Source: Stylophora pistillata
Lineage: Eukaryota
Direction: 5' to 3'
Assembly (NCBI RefSeq): GCF_002571385.2
Contig: NW_019218153.1
Span: 70,907 to 134,906, forward strand
DNA: 64,000 bases
Shown: positions 46,564 through 60,037 of the stretch, in pieces
How the letters are laid out: every line of letters begins with the position of its first letter
Numbering within the stretch: position 1 is the stretch's first letter
The notes under the pieces: model-generated
Databases searched by the model: none
What the model was told of the DNA's origin: nothing
What the model saw: the letters and a program-made list of their open reading frames with translations, nothing else
Program-made: the position numbers and the translations under genes

Positions 46564-49500
46564 ATGGCGGGCATCTCGAACTCGGAAACGAAGCAAGTTT
46601 TGTTAGCTTCAGAGGCAGAATTGTACATAGAGGAGCTGAAAACATATCCTTTGAAGGAAATAGGAAGTCCAAAGTGAGTGTATACTAAGTTTTTTTTTAG
46701 AGCTTTGAGTGGAGTATTTCAGATTTTGATCACTCCCAATTTTTTCGCAAGTAAGGTATGAAACTAAGATTATAAACAAATGTGTCCTTCTCATTTTGCC
46801 CAGATGGATGAGTCAACATGAATACATAGAAAAGCTTAACATGCAGGTGAGAGTGTGAGCTAAATTGCTAACCCTTAGGCAAATCATTATTGGCCAAAGA
46901 TTTTCCTAAATGAACTGTGCCTAGGGGTATATTCTTATCAGTATTTTTTGTTTGACAGGCAATAATAAGCGCTTCATCGCAAGCAGACGAATTTATCAAG
47001 GAACTGCTCATAACCTTGGAGAAGGTGCCCACTCAAAGTCAATTGAATTTATTGATAGCATTTGTCTATAACTTAAAAATTAATCTGGTAAAACATATTA
47101 ATTATTTGATAATTAATAAATTGGTAGTGTCATGAATTTATATGATATATGTTTTTAAGAATCATAGCATTCCATGAATAGCTGTTATCTGAGCTAAGAG
47201 ACATTACTGCAATCATGCACTTGTGAGTTCCAGACTTTTGGTTGTTTACCTCAAACTCCCAATATCTACAGCTGATTGTTAATTCTCCCCTCTTGCTGCT
47301 ATACATTTTCTTCTTAAGTATAGTTACAAGAATTTGATGTTAGATCAAGGTAACAACTTCTAACTGATAAGTTTGAGTATTCTCATTACCTCTTTACTGG
47401 ATAATATATGGATATTACAAGGAGAAGTTACCTGTTAATCACTTCTCAGGGAAGTTTTAAGGGTTAATGCCATTTGGGGCAGGTGGCTATGGGTAGTTGT
47501 GTAGCCGTGAGGTCTCATTAAGTTATGGTATACTTGGCAGACTGGAGAATGGATTGTGGCTGTTTTTAAGACTACTACCTGATTAAGAACCTTCTATTTT
47601 GAGACCTGGACGACAGAGCTGAATAACGGATACGCATGCGCCAGGTTTTGCTGTGGAAACACGGATTTTGAGTAGTTTGCATGGTTGATTTCCTATTCTG
47701 TTGCTTTGAGGCATCGTTTTCCTTGCCGCTTTTCTTTTACAGAACAACCTCCAAAAATTTGGTACACCCCCTAAAAGTTTTCAAAAATTAATTTTCTCCT
47801 TTAAACCTTTGGAAATAGGAAAGTGCCTACGATGAAAACAGAGTTCCTCAGTTTTAAAGGTCAGCCCTTATTATTTTCCACTAATTTCGCAAAATTTTAG
47901 ACCAAGGACACTTGAGCCTGCGTTGTTGACCGCATACCCGCTGACGTAGCATTTCATTATTCAGCTCTGTCGACCTGGACAGGTCAATGATTGGGTTTAA
48001 TGGGTAAGAAGTCACCTTTACTCTCCTTGTGGCTCCCTCTTGATACTGGCAAACTGGCAGGGACACCTAAAAAAAAAAATAGTGGAAGAGGAATACCCTG
48101 AGGTAACTAGCATCTCATCTAGGGGAACCACAAGTAGCAATACTTTTTAAAGCCATTAATCATGCTAGGAAAAAAACAGGAATAAGCTTTGGCCAGATCA
48201 GAAATATGACCATAGATGTTACTTACCTTAGCTGCTTTCCTTACAAACAGATCCCTGTTCTGATTCACGAGTTACTAGCTGTGGAGCTTTGGAAAAGCAA
48301 GGTGTTTCCAAAAATTTTAGAGTCAGGCTTCAACCCATCAACAACCTTACCTATTTACTTTGTGGTAAGTATCACAATTGTGCTGTGTTCACCTGAAGGT
48401 ACAATGTTTTAAGAATTTTTTTGAATCTCCCAAATTCCTGCCAAACTGTACTAGTTTTAAGTATTTTTATTGATTTGAGATTTTCATCTGGAAGACTTTG
48501 TGGCATAATGGTTGGCAAGCTGAACCCTAAATTCATAGGTTCTGGATTTGAGCCATCTACTAACATATTATGGCAAAGAATCTCTTCCACCAACACTGCG
48601 TTGAGCGATCTCTTACCTCCCCAGAGAACACAGCAGTTGAGAACTAGGTTGCATAATTATATTTTACCTAAGGTTCAGACAAGCCGTTTTAAATCAGTTT
48701 TTATTAATTAATAGATGTCTTTTCAGTAGTAATTAATACCTTTTCTTTTTCTGTATTCATTCTATTCATGTTAATTGTTGCACGTCTGTTTGCAAAATAA
48801 TTCTTAATAAAGACCTTTATTATTACTTGTAGTTGGAGTAGACATATTTTCTCCCAATTGCTTTGGGCTCCAAAAAAGTTGGGGCAAACAAGTGCAGGCT
48901 CTTAAAGGCTTTTTAGCCCCTAGAGTAACAAATTACCAGTAACCTAAGATCTACCAATGAACTAAGATCTTCTGCAGCCTTCTAGGACATTGTTAAAGTA
49001 GTGATTAATGCAGCTGCTTCTTGGCAGCTCAAATACTTCCTAATTTAAAAGATATTTTGTGACACTGCAATATTAAATTAGAGAGCAGGGCTGGGTTGTT
49101 CAAAGCTGTGTTAAGATAACCCAGGGTTAGTGTGAAATTTGATTTCAGATCTGAAAGCTCTGAAAGAAAATTCAGCTTAATTCCATTTGTCTACAATTTG
49201 ATGATTGAATGTCCTAAAAAGAACTAGGAAAATTATCTCAAAATGGCTTTTGGTGAGAGAAATTTAGAAACCTGGATTAAAATTTAACCCTGGGTTAGAG
49301 CTAATCGGCCTTTGAACAACTGGGCCCAGGAGAAAAGACAAATTCTGCTTGTTGTGTTATGAAGATCTAGTCATTTTTTTTTTTTGCCATTTTCTAGCTT
49401 TTTCATGAAGCAACAGTCATAAGCCTGTTGGAAACTGTTCTTTATCATAAGGTAAGGTTAAATGTGGTATCATCTGTGCATCCATCTTCCGATAGATCAT

Positions 49501-52500
49501 AAGTTAAGTGAGAACCAATCAAAGTGTGGATAGAATTCAGCTCATCCTATTAAACCCTTAACTCCCAAGATTTAGATCTGATTGTTAATTCTCCCCTCTA
49601 GCTGTTACACATTTCCTTGTAAGTTAGTTATGAGAATTTGGTGTTAGATTAAGATAACACTTGTACCTGATAAATTAAAGTATTTTCCGGCATTCTCTGT
49701 TTGCTGGATAATGTATGGATATTATACATACCTACAGACATAGGTTAATTGACCACTCCCCGTAAGGGCTTTTCAGGGCCAACACCCACCCATCCCACCC
49801 AAGGGGAGGACATCCACCACACAGTAATCTCATGCGTGGGAAATTAACATCTCCTACCCCTAACCCTGCAGGAGACGGGGCCTACGGTTTATTCGTCCTT
49901 ATCTGAGAAGACTAGCCAGAATATCTATTCATTTCTTGTTAAGGAAAGGTAGCAAATTCTCCTCAGTTATTTTAAGACCATGAGTATTGGTCCAGCCGCA
50001 ACTTGAACCCTCAACCTCCCACACAACACAATCCGGCACTCTAACCAATTGAGCTATATTCTACGCGCCTGAGCGTATATAAGGAGAAGTTACATGTTGA
50101 TCTCTTCTGGGAGTTAGATAGTTTGATAGCCCTAGTGTATGAACAACTCTTTGTACTGCTGTCTGAATGAATAGACTGACATGAGTGCATTTTATCATAG
50201 GAATGTAAATGCAGATTTACATCAACATTGTAATAAAATAAGTAGTACTGAGACCCATTTTTGAGATCTAGGTTATTATTTGAAAAATTATGGTCACTGG
50301 TAAATCAGATCTTTTGGAGAAGAGTAACAAAGAACAATTAACAGTTGTTTTGCCTTTTGCATTCTGCAAATCCTCCAGAATCATCAAAGTGAAAGCTTAC
50401 AGTACAGAATTCAAACTCTTTTAGTAAGAGGATATATGTTGTATCCACAGGAAGCGTGTGAAGCAGCTGGTGACAGCATTCTTGATCTGGCCGATTACTG
50501 CCTTAGAAGAATATCACTGCTTATTGCTCAGTATGTACTAATGTTGGACTGGTTTTAGGGAACATCCAGGATGTTTATCAAATCATATTTTCCAGTTTGT
50601 GTTATTGATACCCTCAAATGAATTCGATTCTTTTTTGCGAGCTTTGAAACAAGCAACTGATTTGTTATTGAATGTGAAACTTTAAACTCAAACTTACAGA
50701 CATGATGAGGTTAACAGAGAATCAACAGATTGCTGTGATAATCTCTCAAGCATAGAGGTATTTTTTTATCTTACTGTATGAATTTGATGTGATAAAGTAA
50801 AGAATGAGTAATGTTCAGTGTTTTTTTATACAGAACTTTTGTTGCAAGTCAGAGTAAAGTAACTTTTAGCAGCTTTCTTTACTTCTTAATTGCACCTAAG
50901 AATTCCCAGCATTTTATTTCTCCTAATTGCAAAATCAACTCTGAATCATGCATTAAGGTGATGAGAATAAAGAAAATGATCAGCAACTAAAGAAGCTCTT
51001 GATTGTGAAACAAATTCTCCTTGTCAGCACCAAAGGAAATGTATAGAGTAGAGTATGGAGAAAGTAGATAATGATATTAAGCAGTAAATTTTAGCCACAA
51101 AATTGTGTTTGTAAGCCAGAGAAGTCTTTGTTTTCTAATGTCTAATTGACACCTTGAATGGTGATATAATTGATTTTTCAAGGTTAACTAATATGTAAGA
51201 AAGCCTTTTTTATGTTCTTTCAGGAGTTAAAGAAACAAGATAAAACAATATTCTTTACTGTTTGTATCAAGTCAGTGTCAATTCTTAGATACATCACAGA
51301 CTCTCTATCAAGGTAACTCAAATTATGAATTAAACAGAAATTCTAGTTCTGATGATTTGACTTTTGTAACTGTTGTTTTTTTTATCCATTCACTTCCCAA
51401 ACTTTCAAAAGGCCCGTGATAGTAAAGATCTGCATTTTTTTTTTTTTGTAGTTTACCCTTGAGTGTCATGACAAGGCTTCTAAACACTCACAGTAAGTAG
51501 AAACTGTTTGTAAGCCTGAGTTTATAGTCATTTTACTTAGACTAAGAGGAGTCCAATTTGGTCTGTAATCTTACTACAGTCGAACCTCGATTATACAGAC
51601 TCATTGGGACTTTGGTAAATAGTCTGGATAATCAAGAGTCCAGATAATGGAAAATATGAAATTAATGAGACAATAATGTAAACAAAAGAAATAACATTAC
51701 ACATTTTTTATTCTAAAAGTCTGTTTCATTGACTCTCCAAGAGCTTGATCTTTTGAAAGTGGAGGAGGTAATGCACTGTTTTAAACGTACTTTTCCTGAC
51801 TTTAAACATAATCTCTGAATTTTTTACCTATTAAAGTTTTGAAGATCAAAGCTCATTAATATTCATGAAAAAAACGGGATCAGAGAAAAAGTCCAGATAT
51901 TCAAAAAGTCCAGATATCAAGGTCTGGATAATTGCGGTTCAACTGTACTGATTGACACTTCGTTAACCCATTACACCCTAGTATCCGATTCAGTATGCAT
52001 ATTCTCTATACTGTTCTCTATACATTTCCTAAGGTGCTGACAAGGAGAATTTGTTTAACAATCAAGAGCTTTTTAGTTGGTGATCATTTCCTATACTCTC
52101 ATGACCTTAATGAATGATTCGAGGGTGATTTTGTTAGGAGAAACTAAATGTAAGGCACTCGTAGTGGTCAAAGGGTATGATTACAGCCAGAATTGGCAGC
52201 AGGGAATCCTGTTACCAATTGACTAAAACTGACAAAAATTTGAGAAGCAAAAGATCCCCTTGTTTATTGTAATGGTAAATAAAAGTGTGATGATTAACTC
52301 TAATTTTTCCATAAAGAAAATGAACTAAATAAGCTACATGATTTGTACAGTGTATGTCAAATGCAAGTGTTTTTTTATCTCATGTGCTTGAATGTGTAGA
52401 GAGATAGCACTTTAAGTGAGAGAATTAAAGACATCCCTAAATGAAGTTTGTTCTGTTTCACACTCGTAGATACCCCTGTGGTACTTGTTCAGTTGGTAGA

Positions 52501-55500
52501 AAATCCTCCTTGGATAAAAAGAGACAAAGGTGAATTTCTTTTTTATCATGATCATGTTAGAGTAAGTATAAGCACAGCACACAACAGTAAAAGTGTCATT
52601 TGTCTGAGAAAAAAACTATAAGTTAGAAGTTTGTAAAGAACCTTTGAGTTGCAACAGTTGGTAAATGAAAGACCATGCAAACAATTGCAAGCCATTGCAG
52701 CAGGTTGTGCATGTATCCAGTCATATTAACTCTAGTACTGGTTCTTTTCCTGTATAAAGTTGAAATTATGGTGACATGTGCATCTTTGTGATTTTTTTTT
52801 TTTTTTTTTAATGGGTTCACATTTTTACACTCCAGGAAAATTGATGAAATTCATTGATAATGTGTGGAAAGAAATATCAGAAAGAGAAAGACTTCAGCTC
52901 AGCAAAACAGAGGGACAAGTAAGTTAATATTTAGTGTTTGCTGTTGTACTATTAATCATTTTCATTTGAGTCCAAACTAAGTTTATTCAGCAACTCAAAG
53001 GTCTAATGTTTTGCACAAACTGCATATAATTATAGTATGAAACAAAGAACGTTCCATCAAGGGAATAACCATAGTATGCGTGGTAATTTAACATACAAAG
53101 GCATACTACAACTGTCAGTGTTAGGGAACATTAAATCTCAAGATGTTGTATTTCATGTGTTATCCCAGGTCTGGCTTGCTATTCATCAACTCCTTATGAA
53201 TGAAGACTGTCAAAGAAAGTATGAGTTCAACTCCTATAGTAAAGAGCAAATATTAAAGGTAATTAGACAGAAGTTTCTTTTTATTAAGCAAGAACTACAT
53301 TTGGTGCTATGGCAGATCCAGGGGAGGGAGGGGGTGTCTAGCATCCCCCTGCCCCATCCCCCCCCTTAATCAGACCAATGGGTCTTCTTTCACTACCTGT
53401 CTGTCTTTAGGAAACTTTTAAATGATATGTACTTCCAGTAGTATGGTTAATAAGCAGCTTGGTTGAAAGGTGATGCCCGTATTGTTGTGAATGATTTTCT
53501 TGACTGTATTTTCAGCTGCGAGGTTTTATGAATGAAGTTCTTCTGGATCAGATTCCCAGCTTGATAGATCTGCAACGATACCTTGAACAACTGTCCATCA
53601 TGGAGCCACCAGCTATAAAAAAGGACATTATTTTGGAACAGGTAAGTGAATGAATGCATAGGAATGTTAGGCCGTCTTCGCCATAATTTTACGACTCAGA
53701 GTGCCAATGTTGTCTTCATACATACATACATACATACTTTATTTAAGTCGTTAGTGGAACTCTCAGGCCAACAAAGGTGCACCGCGCCAGGAGGATCAAT
53801 AAAGATTCGCAGTCCAAACCTCACAGCAAACACGAACGTAGAAAGTGTAAAAAATTGCGAGGATGGACAACTTCTGACGTAAAAAATATAAAAAATGTTT
53901 TATATTTTTTACGTCAGAAGTTGTCCATCCTCGCAATTTTTTAAACTTTCTACGTTCGTGTTTGCTGTGAGGTTTGGACTGCGAATCTTTATTGATCCTC
54001 CTGGCGCGGTGCACCTTTGTTGGCCTGAGAGTTCCACTAACGACTTAAATAAAGTATGTATGTATGTATGTATGAAGACAACATTGGCACTCTGAGTCGT
54101 AAAATTATGGCGAAGACGGCCTAACATTCCTATGCATTCATTCACTTACCTGTTCCAAAATAATGTCCTTTTTTATAGCTGGTGGCTCCATGATGGACAG
54201 TTGTTCAAGGTATCGTTGCAGATCTATCAAGCTGGGAATCTGATCCAGAAGAACTTCATTCATAAAACCTCGCAGCTGAAAATACAGTCAAGAAAATCAT
54301 TCACAACAATACGGGCATCACCTTTCAACCAAGCTGCTTATTAACCATACTACTGGAAGTACATATCATTTAAAAGTTTCCTAAAGACAGACAGGTAGTG
54401 AAAGAAGACCCATTGGTCTGATTAAGGGGGGGGATGGGGCAGGGGGATGCTAGACACCCCCTNNNNNNNNNNNNNNNNNNNNNNNNNNNNNNNNNNNNNN
54501 NNNNNNNNNNNNNNNNNNNNNNNNNNNNNNNNNNNNNNNNNNNNNNNNNNNNNNNNNNNNNNNNNNNNNNNNNNNNNNNNNNNNNNNNNNNNNNNNNNNN
54601 NNNNNNNNNNNNNNNNNNNNNNNNNNNNNNNNNNNNNNNNNNNNNNNNNNNNNNNNNNNNNNNNNNNNNNNNNNNNNNNNNNNNNNNNNNNNNNNNNNNN
54701 NNNNNNNNNNNNNNNNNNNNNNNNNNNNNNNNNNNNNNNNNNNNNNNNNNNNNNNNNNNNNNNNNNNNNNNNNNNNNNNNNNNNNNNNNNNNNNNNNNNN
54801 NNNNNNNNNNNNNNNNNNNNNNNNNNNNNNNNNNNNNNNNNNNNNNNNNNNNNNNNNNNNNNNNNNNNNNNNNNNNNNNNNNNNNNNNNNNNNNNNNNNN
54901 NNNNNNNNNNNNNNNNNNNNNNNNNNNNNNNNNNNNGTTGGGAGATCAAATTAACACAGTATTTTACGAGATTTGACGTAATAGTATTGTCAGACATATT
55001 TAGATTGAATGTACTGTAAGTTTTTTTATTACACGACTCGGGCAGTCAGAGGGCCAATAACTAAAATCAACCAATCAAAATGCTCTATTGCCGGTCAATA
55101 TTCTCTCAGTATTGGACCGGGCACTGTCCCGAATGGTCCCGAATGATACCGCACTTGTGTCCCTTTGAACTTCAGTCGTATAATAAATCTCTTATTAACC
55201 AAGCTTGCTCGGGACCGTACTGGAAGAATATCGGCCCTCGGTCTTTTTTGTACGGACCTCGCTGCGCTCGGTCCGTACTGTCAAGACCTCGGGCCGATAT
55301 TCTCCCAGTACGGCCCTCGCGCTTGGTTAATAAGATATATGTAATCTGTCTGATGCTTACTTTTCAAATCCAGGTTTTTTTCACTTTCTCTGATCGCCTT
55401 GTTTGTTTGTTTGTTTGTTTGTTTGTTTTTCCTTATTTGTAAAACAAAACTAAGTACAGGTTCCAGAAATCAGAGAAAAACTTTTAAAGGATAATCAAGG

Positions 55501-56519
55501 CAAATGGGAGAAGTTTGCAAAATACCAGAAGAAGGCTTTCTTTTCGCCATCGGCCGAGGATATTAAAAAGCAAGCTAAAATGTGAGTACACTTGACAACG
55601 AATATTTCATATTTCATAACTCTCAATGTTACGCTTACAGTATTGAAAAATATTGTCTAAAAACATTTGTTGTACCTGTAGAGTAACTGTACTTTCGACT
55701 AGTTCGGCAAACAAAATTAGTCGCTTAAAGAAAAAGTGCAGAGCGCTTTTTCTAAATTTTGGCTGTAGGAGGAGCGCGCTTTTCAAAGGGGTGCACTTGT
55801 TCGGTTTTTGATTTGAATTCGTTGTTAGTTCTCTTTTTACTCTAGGGGTTTTCTCGTGGTACGGGTCTTCTCTTTTCCTCCCTTTGCGAAAATCAATACT
55901 CCGAATTGCCCCCTCTTCTCAAACTTAGAAGCAATCTTGATGAAGATCTGTCTGTTTTTAGGTGGGCAGATACGTACAATTTGGATATGCTGGAGGAACT
56001 TGTCAGTGAACCCCCAAAATGTGCCTTGTGTGGCCAGCCAGCAACAAAACGGTGCTCAAGATGTCAGACCGAATGGTACTGCAAGAGGTAAAATGATAGA
56101 GACATTATTATTAGCGAAACGTGTTAGACAAACGGACGTTAGCCGGAAGTTGAGGGTCCCTTTCCGTTGCGCTGACTACGGAGTACTTGCTGGATTACTT
56201 TCGACTATTATCGATGAATGGCTTTTCTTTGCCATGCTCTGGTCTGTCAAGAAAACCCGCGCCTTTCTCAACCAATCAGAGTTAAAAACTTAGACCAATC
56301 GCGAGTTGTTCGCGCACATTTTCCCGCGCTTGGGCTCGGTCACATGTATGAGCTTTGAGTTCTGATTGGCTCCTTGTGATGTTTACCTTTGTTTTGATTG
56401 AGCATGATGATGGTTTAAATTTTTACCTAACGGCGGTCTTTTCTTTTAGGGAATGCCAGGTCAAGCACTGGAGCAAGCACAAGCCTGCTTGCAATCTCGT
56501 CGTAGAGTCAAAAACATGA
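46564..56519 (+). CDS. ZMYND10: Zinc finger MYND domain-containing protein 10 (BLU), axonemal dynein assembly factor; ~16 exons (46564-46673, 46804-46846, 46959-47024, ~48251-48364, ~49398-49451, ~50451-50530, ~50699-50757, ~51224-51312, ~51452-51492, ~52470-52529, ~52836-52918, ~53169-53258, ~53515-53641, ~55460-55581, ~55962-56088, 56450-56519)
   Basis: [97 protein letters not shown], and C-terminal MYND finger [37 protein letters not shown]. Confidence 0.95.
48575..48826 (+). mobile_element. LINE 3'-end fragment
   Basis: [33 protein letters not shown] followed by AATAAA and a (TTA)n tail. Confidence 0.65.
49088..49326. mobile_element. Harbinger-like MITE
   Basis: GGGCTGGGTTGTTCAAAG ... 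CTTTGAACAACTGGGCC termini with internal AACCCAGGGTT / AACCCTGGGTT palindromes. Confidence 0.6.
53329..54462. repeat. ~565-bp-arm near-perfect inverted duplication containing a ZMYND10 exon, ending at an N gap (probable assembly artefact)
   Basis: Symmetry centre near 53895; mirrored ORFs in the track; one visible mismatch (ESVKN vs ESLKN). Confidence 0.9.
54463..54936. other. Assembly gap (others at 2627-2731, 6892-6902, 9092-9238)
   Basis: Runs of N. Confidence 1.
55026..55340. repeat. Interspersed repeat with long internal hairpin; diverged relative at ~15190-15510
   Basis: CTTATTAACCAAGC..CCGTACTGGAAGAATATCGGCCC ... GGGCCGATATTCTCCCAGTACGG..GCTTGGTTAATAAG nested palindrome; class uncertain (Crypton-like non-autonomous is a guess). 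Confidence 0.6.
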
Positions 56520-57153
56520 TTTACACTGAAGATAGTGGCAAAGATAACATAGGAATGAACGCCGTCATTAGAGAAAGTCGTCAAGTGGAAAATAATGCAG
56601 ACAATAAACATAGACCCCATCACCAGTCGCTGTTCGGGAAACGAGCCCACACTGACTTGACTCGGTAGGGCAGCAGAAACTAAGCCTTCTAATGATACCA
56701 TTGGAATGACGAGACAAACTTTCAAGGGCGTCCTAAATGTAAATATTTCGTACCGAGGAAGTAAATGTCGCTCTCAGTCGCGCATCATGCTATTTTATTT
56801 CAATTATTTTGTCAATTTGCTCCGATTTGCCGTGGAGCGAGTTTAAACTTGGTGACACAACAACCGGAGCGTACGCGAAGCTAAGATTTTTCAAAGGGTG
56901 ACGCGTGAATATTGGCTTAGATCGCTGCTCTTCTTATGTATCAGCGGACTTGTTTTCATGGTCTTAATGCTGTGCAGCAAAAAGGGCGAGCAAATGGGAA
57001 AGACTGAGACCATGTAAGTTCTTCAGATTCACGCGTCTTCAATTGTTCAGAAGCACTCATGCTTCGAGGCAAGGCCCCTGTTGTAACGATTGAACATCGA
57101 GTTTATTTTCTGTCGTTTGTCTCAATCGTAGAGATTCACCTCAACTCCCTTAA

Positions 57154-57651
57154 GAGGGTCTCAATGGGGGGGGATCACGTTGACGGTTGACGGTTAAAAA
57201 TACCCCCTTTAGACGGCTGGCGGTTAAACTTCGGATCATTTGACGGTTAACGATTAATTTTTTGGAATGTCGTTTATAAAACGAACCAAACGCGCGAATT
57301 AGGCTGTACCTCTTACAATACCCTATAACACCTTTTTTTAATAAATGACGAACGTTTTACGTTGCCGGAAGTGTTTCCACACCGGAAGTCAGTTCTGTCG
57401 CTAACCCGCTTTACTCGCGACTAGAAGTTCAAAGACTTACGTATATGTATTTTTGTGATAAATCAAGACTTTTATTTAAAAAACAACAGAACTTGACCCC
57501 AATTGAGGCAATCATCTAGTTCGTAATTGAGAATATTTGAGACATTTGACTGCTAACATCGGCTTGCTTATTCAACGGTAAAATTACTGCTTTTGTGACG
57601 GTTGACGGTTAATATTTAAGCCATTTGACGATTAACCTCATTGAGACCCTC
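57154..57651. mobile_element. MITE with GAGGGTCTCAATG termini and subterminal TGACGGTT repeats
   Basis: 13-bp perfect TIR; CCTTAA on both flanks (57148-57153, 57652-57657). Confidence 0.8.
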
Positions 57652-58063
57652 CCTTAACGGCCATTGACGCAAATGTAGAAGACACCTTCTCTTCTTTCGT
57701 CTCTTGGGTCTTCCTTTTTTGGCAAAGCGTTCAGAAATTTTAATTTCAATTTTTTTGGCAAAATAGCAAGGCACACTGACCCCGGTGAATTTATTTAAGA
57801 GCGATTAGCCCTTGATCAGCCATTCGCTCACCTTATCCTCTTTGCATTCATTCATTGTACAAAATTTTTCCTCTCCTAGTGAAGGTATTCAAACGATTTC
57901 GAGTTCAATTTGGAATCTATCAAGGACCAACAAAATTGCACTGGCCGGAAGGGCGATTTCTATTTATTTCTATTCATAGACTTTGGGGAAAAAGTTAGGA
58001 GTGCCTGTTTCTGACAAGAGGCACGAGGAAAATCATGTGATTACTCAGTCGTAGTAAACTTAA

Positions 58064-58703
58064 AGTGCACCTACACCCAAAAAATTTTTTTCGCTTAACG
58101 AAGTAAGCTTATTTTTTTGAGTATTTCTGCGCAAAAATTTTTTTATTTGCTCAAATCTTCAATTTTCTATGCCCAGTCAAAATACGGAAAATTGGCCGCC
58201 ATCTTGCCCCACGACCGAGTTTAAAGAGGAATGGCTCTAGTGGGTAATGTGACGTCAAATCGAGAACACGAAAGTCTGCTTTTCACACATTTTCACTTGT
58301 TTGGGAAGGTTGTAGTCGATAATTGTCCGAAAATATGCCGACTAAGTGTGTTGTAGAAGGATGTAGCAACGTGCGAAATTTGCAAGAGGGTATCGCGCTC
58401 CATACAATCTTCATACAACACACCTAGTCGGCATATTTCGGACGATATCGACGACAATCTTCCCAAACAAGTGAAAATGTGTGAGATGCAGACTTTCGTG
58501 TTCTCGATTTGACGTCACATTACCCGCTAGAGCCATTCTTCTTTAAACTCGGTCGTGGGGCAAGATGGCGGCCGATTTTCCATATTTTGACTGGGCATAG
58601 AAAATTGAAGATTTGAGCAAATAAAAAAATTTTTGCGCAGAAATACTCAAAAAAATAAGCTTACTTCGTTAAGCGAAAAAAATTTTTTGGGTGTAGGTGC
58701 ACT
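58064..58703. mobile_element. Kolobok-like non-autonomous fold-back element with ~290-bp inverted arms and a THAP start remnant
   Basis: TTAA-AGTGCACC ... GGTGCACT-TTAA. Centre encodes MPTKCVVEGCSNVRNLQEGIALHTI from ATG 58335. Confidence 0.8.
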
Positions 58704-60037
58704 TTAAGAATAAGTTGAGATGCTTTTTATAGATAAAACAAAAGCAAAGCGTGTGAATCACGTGCAACTGAATAATCAATTTTGTGTTCGGTAGAAACAC
58801 GCGTTCAATTAAGACAAAATTGTCTCTAACTTTTTCCGACCCAGGAATGGGTCAAAAGCCTTGATGAAAGGTTTGCTACCTTGTGTTGAAGTGGATTGAC
58901 CATTTTCCTCACTTATTGCATTATGTTAAGGGAAAACCGCATTTCTCTTGCAAGCCAGTCTGAATAAAGAAAAGTTTTTTTTATGTCTATAAATATAGAC
59001 GAAATTGATGACTAATTGATGTGACCGACCCCATCCTAAGTGTTAATAGAGACCTTGATAGGTCGCGTGACTTCCATTAACTGAGAGAGCATTCCTTATT
59101 CCAATCTAATATAATTGGTATGAAAAATCGCCTTGAAATGTGACCTCAAAATACTTATGGTGCCTTGTTAAAAAATACCGGTAAACCGACAGTCTCTGCC
59201 GCGTCCCAAGGAAAATGAATGTCCACTGAGTAATTTCCTTTACTGAAAAAGCGTACATTTATCTAATTTTGTCCCACCAAAAAATTTTGTTACCGGTAGC
59301 TTGAACTATTTCGTTCAAAAAACTTACCAACTGATTAAATTTAGCTAATAAAATAAATCCATATATCATACTTTGGTTATAAAGCAGAAAAAATCAAAAT
59401 CGAACAAAAAGTGAAAGGCGACTGAATAATCGAGTTCCTGCTTTAGAACCAGTTCCCCTTGAATTCAACGCGGAAAAAAAATATAAAGAAATTCGTCCTA
59501 AAGCTAAAGGTGCGGAGTGTAAAAAAAGAATCGGATTCTTGGATCCAAAAGTACCGTGAATTGTGGCTTAAATAAGAATTTTAGAAAGGATTCCGGATTC
59601 TCTCCTTTGAACTTCAGATAAAGAATTTCTACGAGGCCTTACCCACGCCCCACCCTCGCTCAGAAGGCGTGGTGAACTGGAGGGAAGGACTGTTTAAATA
59701 AATCCAAGATTGGATAAGAGCGGGATTATGACAAAAACAATTTTTAATAGACAAGGTTTTGTTCGAAGAATTATTGTCGAGACACTGCAATAACAGACAA
59801 ATAACCAATAGAAAAGATTAGGAAACAGAGAAGTCGGCGTGATGCGCAGGCGCAGTAGTGTCGCGTCAGCTCAGCGACCTCGTGTTTGCCTTCTTGTCTC
59901 TTCCCTTGTGCTCTTAAAGTAAGAGAAGCTGTGAGGTAGTGAAAAAGACCTTGGCGGATCGAAAGTATCAGCCTTGCAAAGTCGACAAAAGCAAAAAGAC
60001 AAGTCGTTCTACACCTGAAAAGCGCAAATCCGGTGAA

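Noticed and set aside
53329-54462. 1.1-kb palindrome duplicating a ZMYND10 exon in antisense as a regulatory hairpin
   Set aside because: Arms are almost identical, have a 4-nt spacer and end exactly at an N gap, typical of a fold-back read or scaffolding artefact; needs long-read support first.
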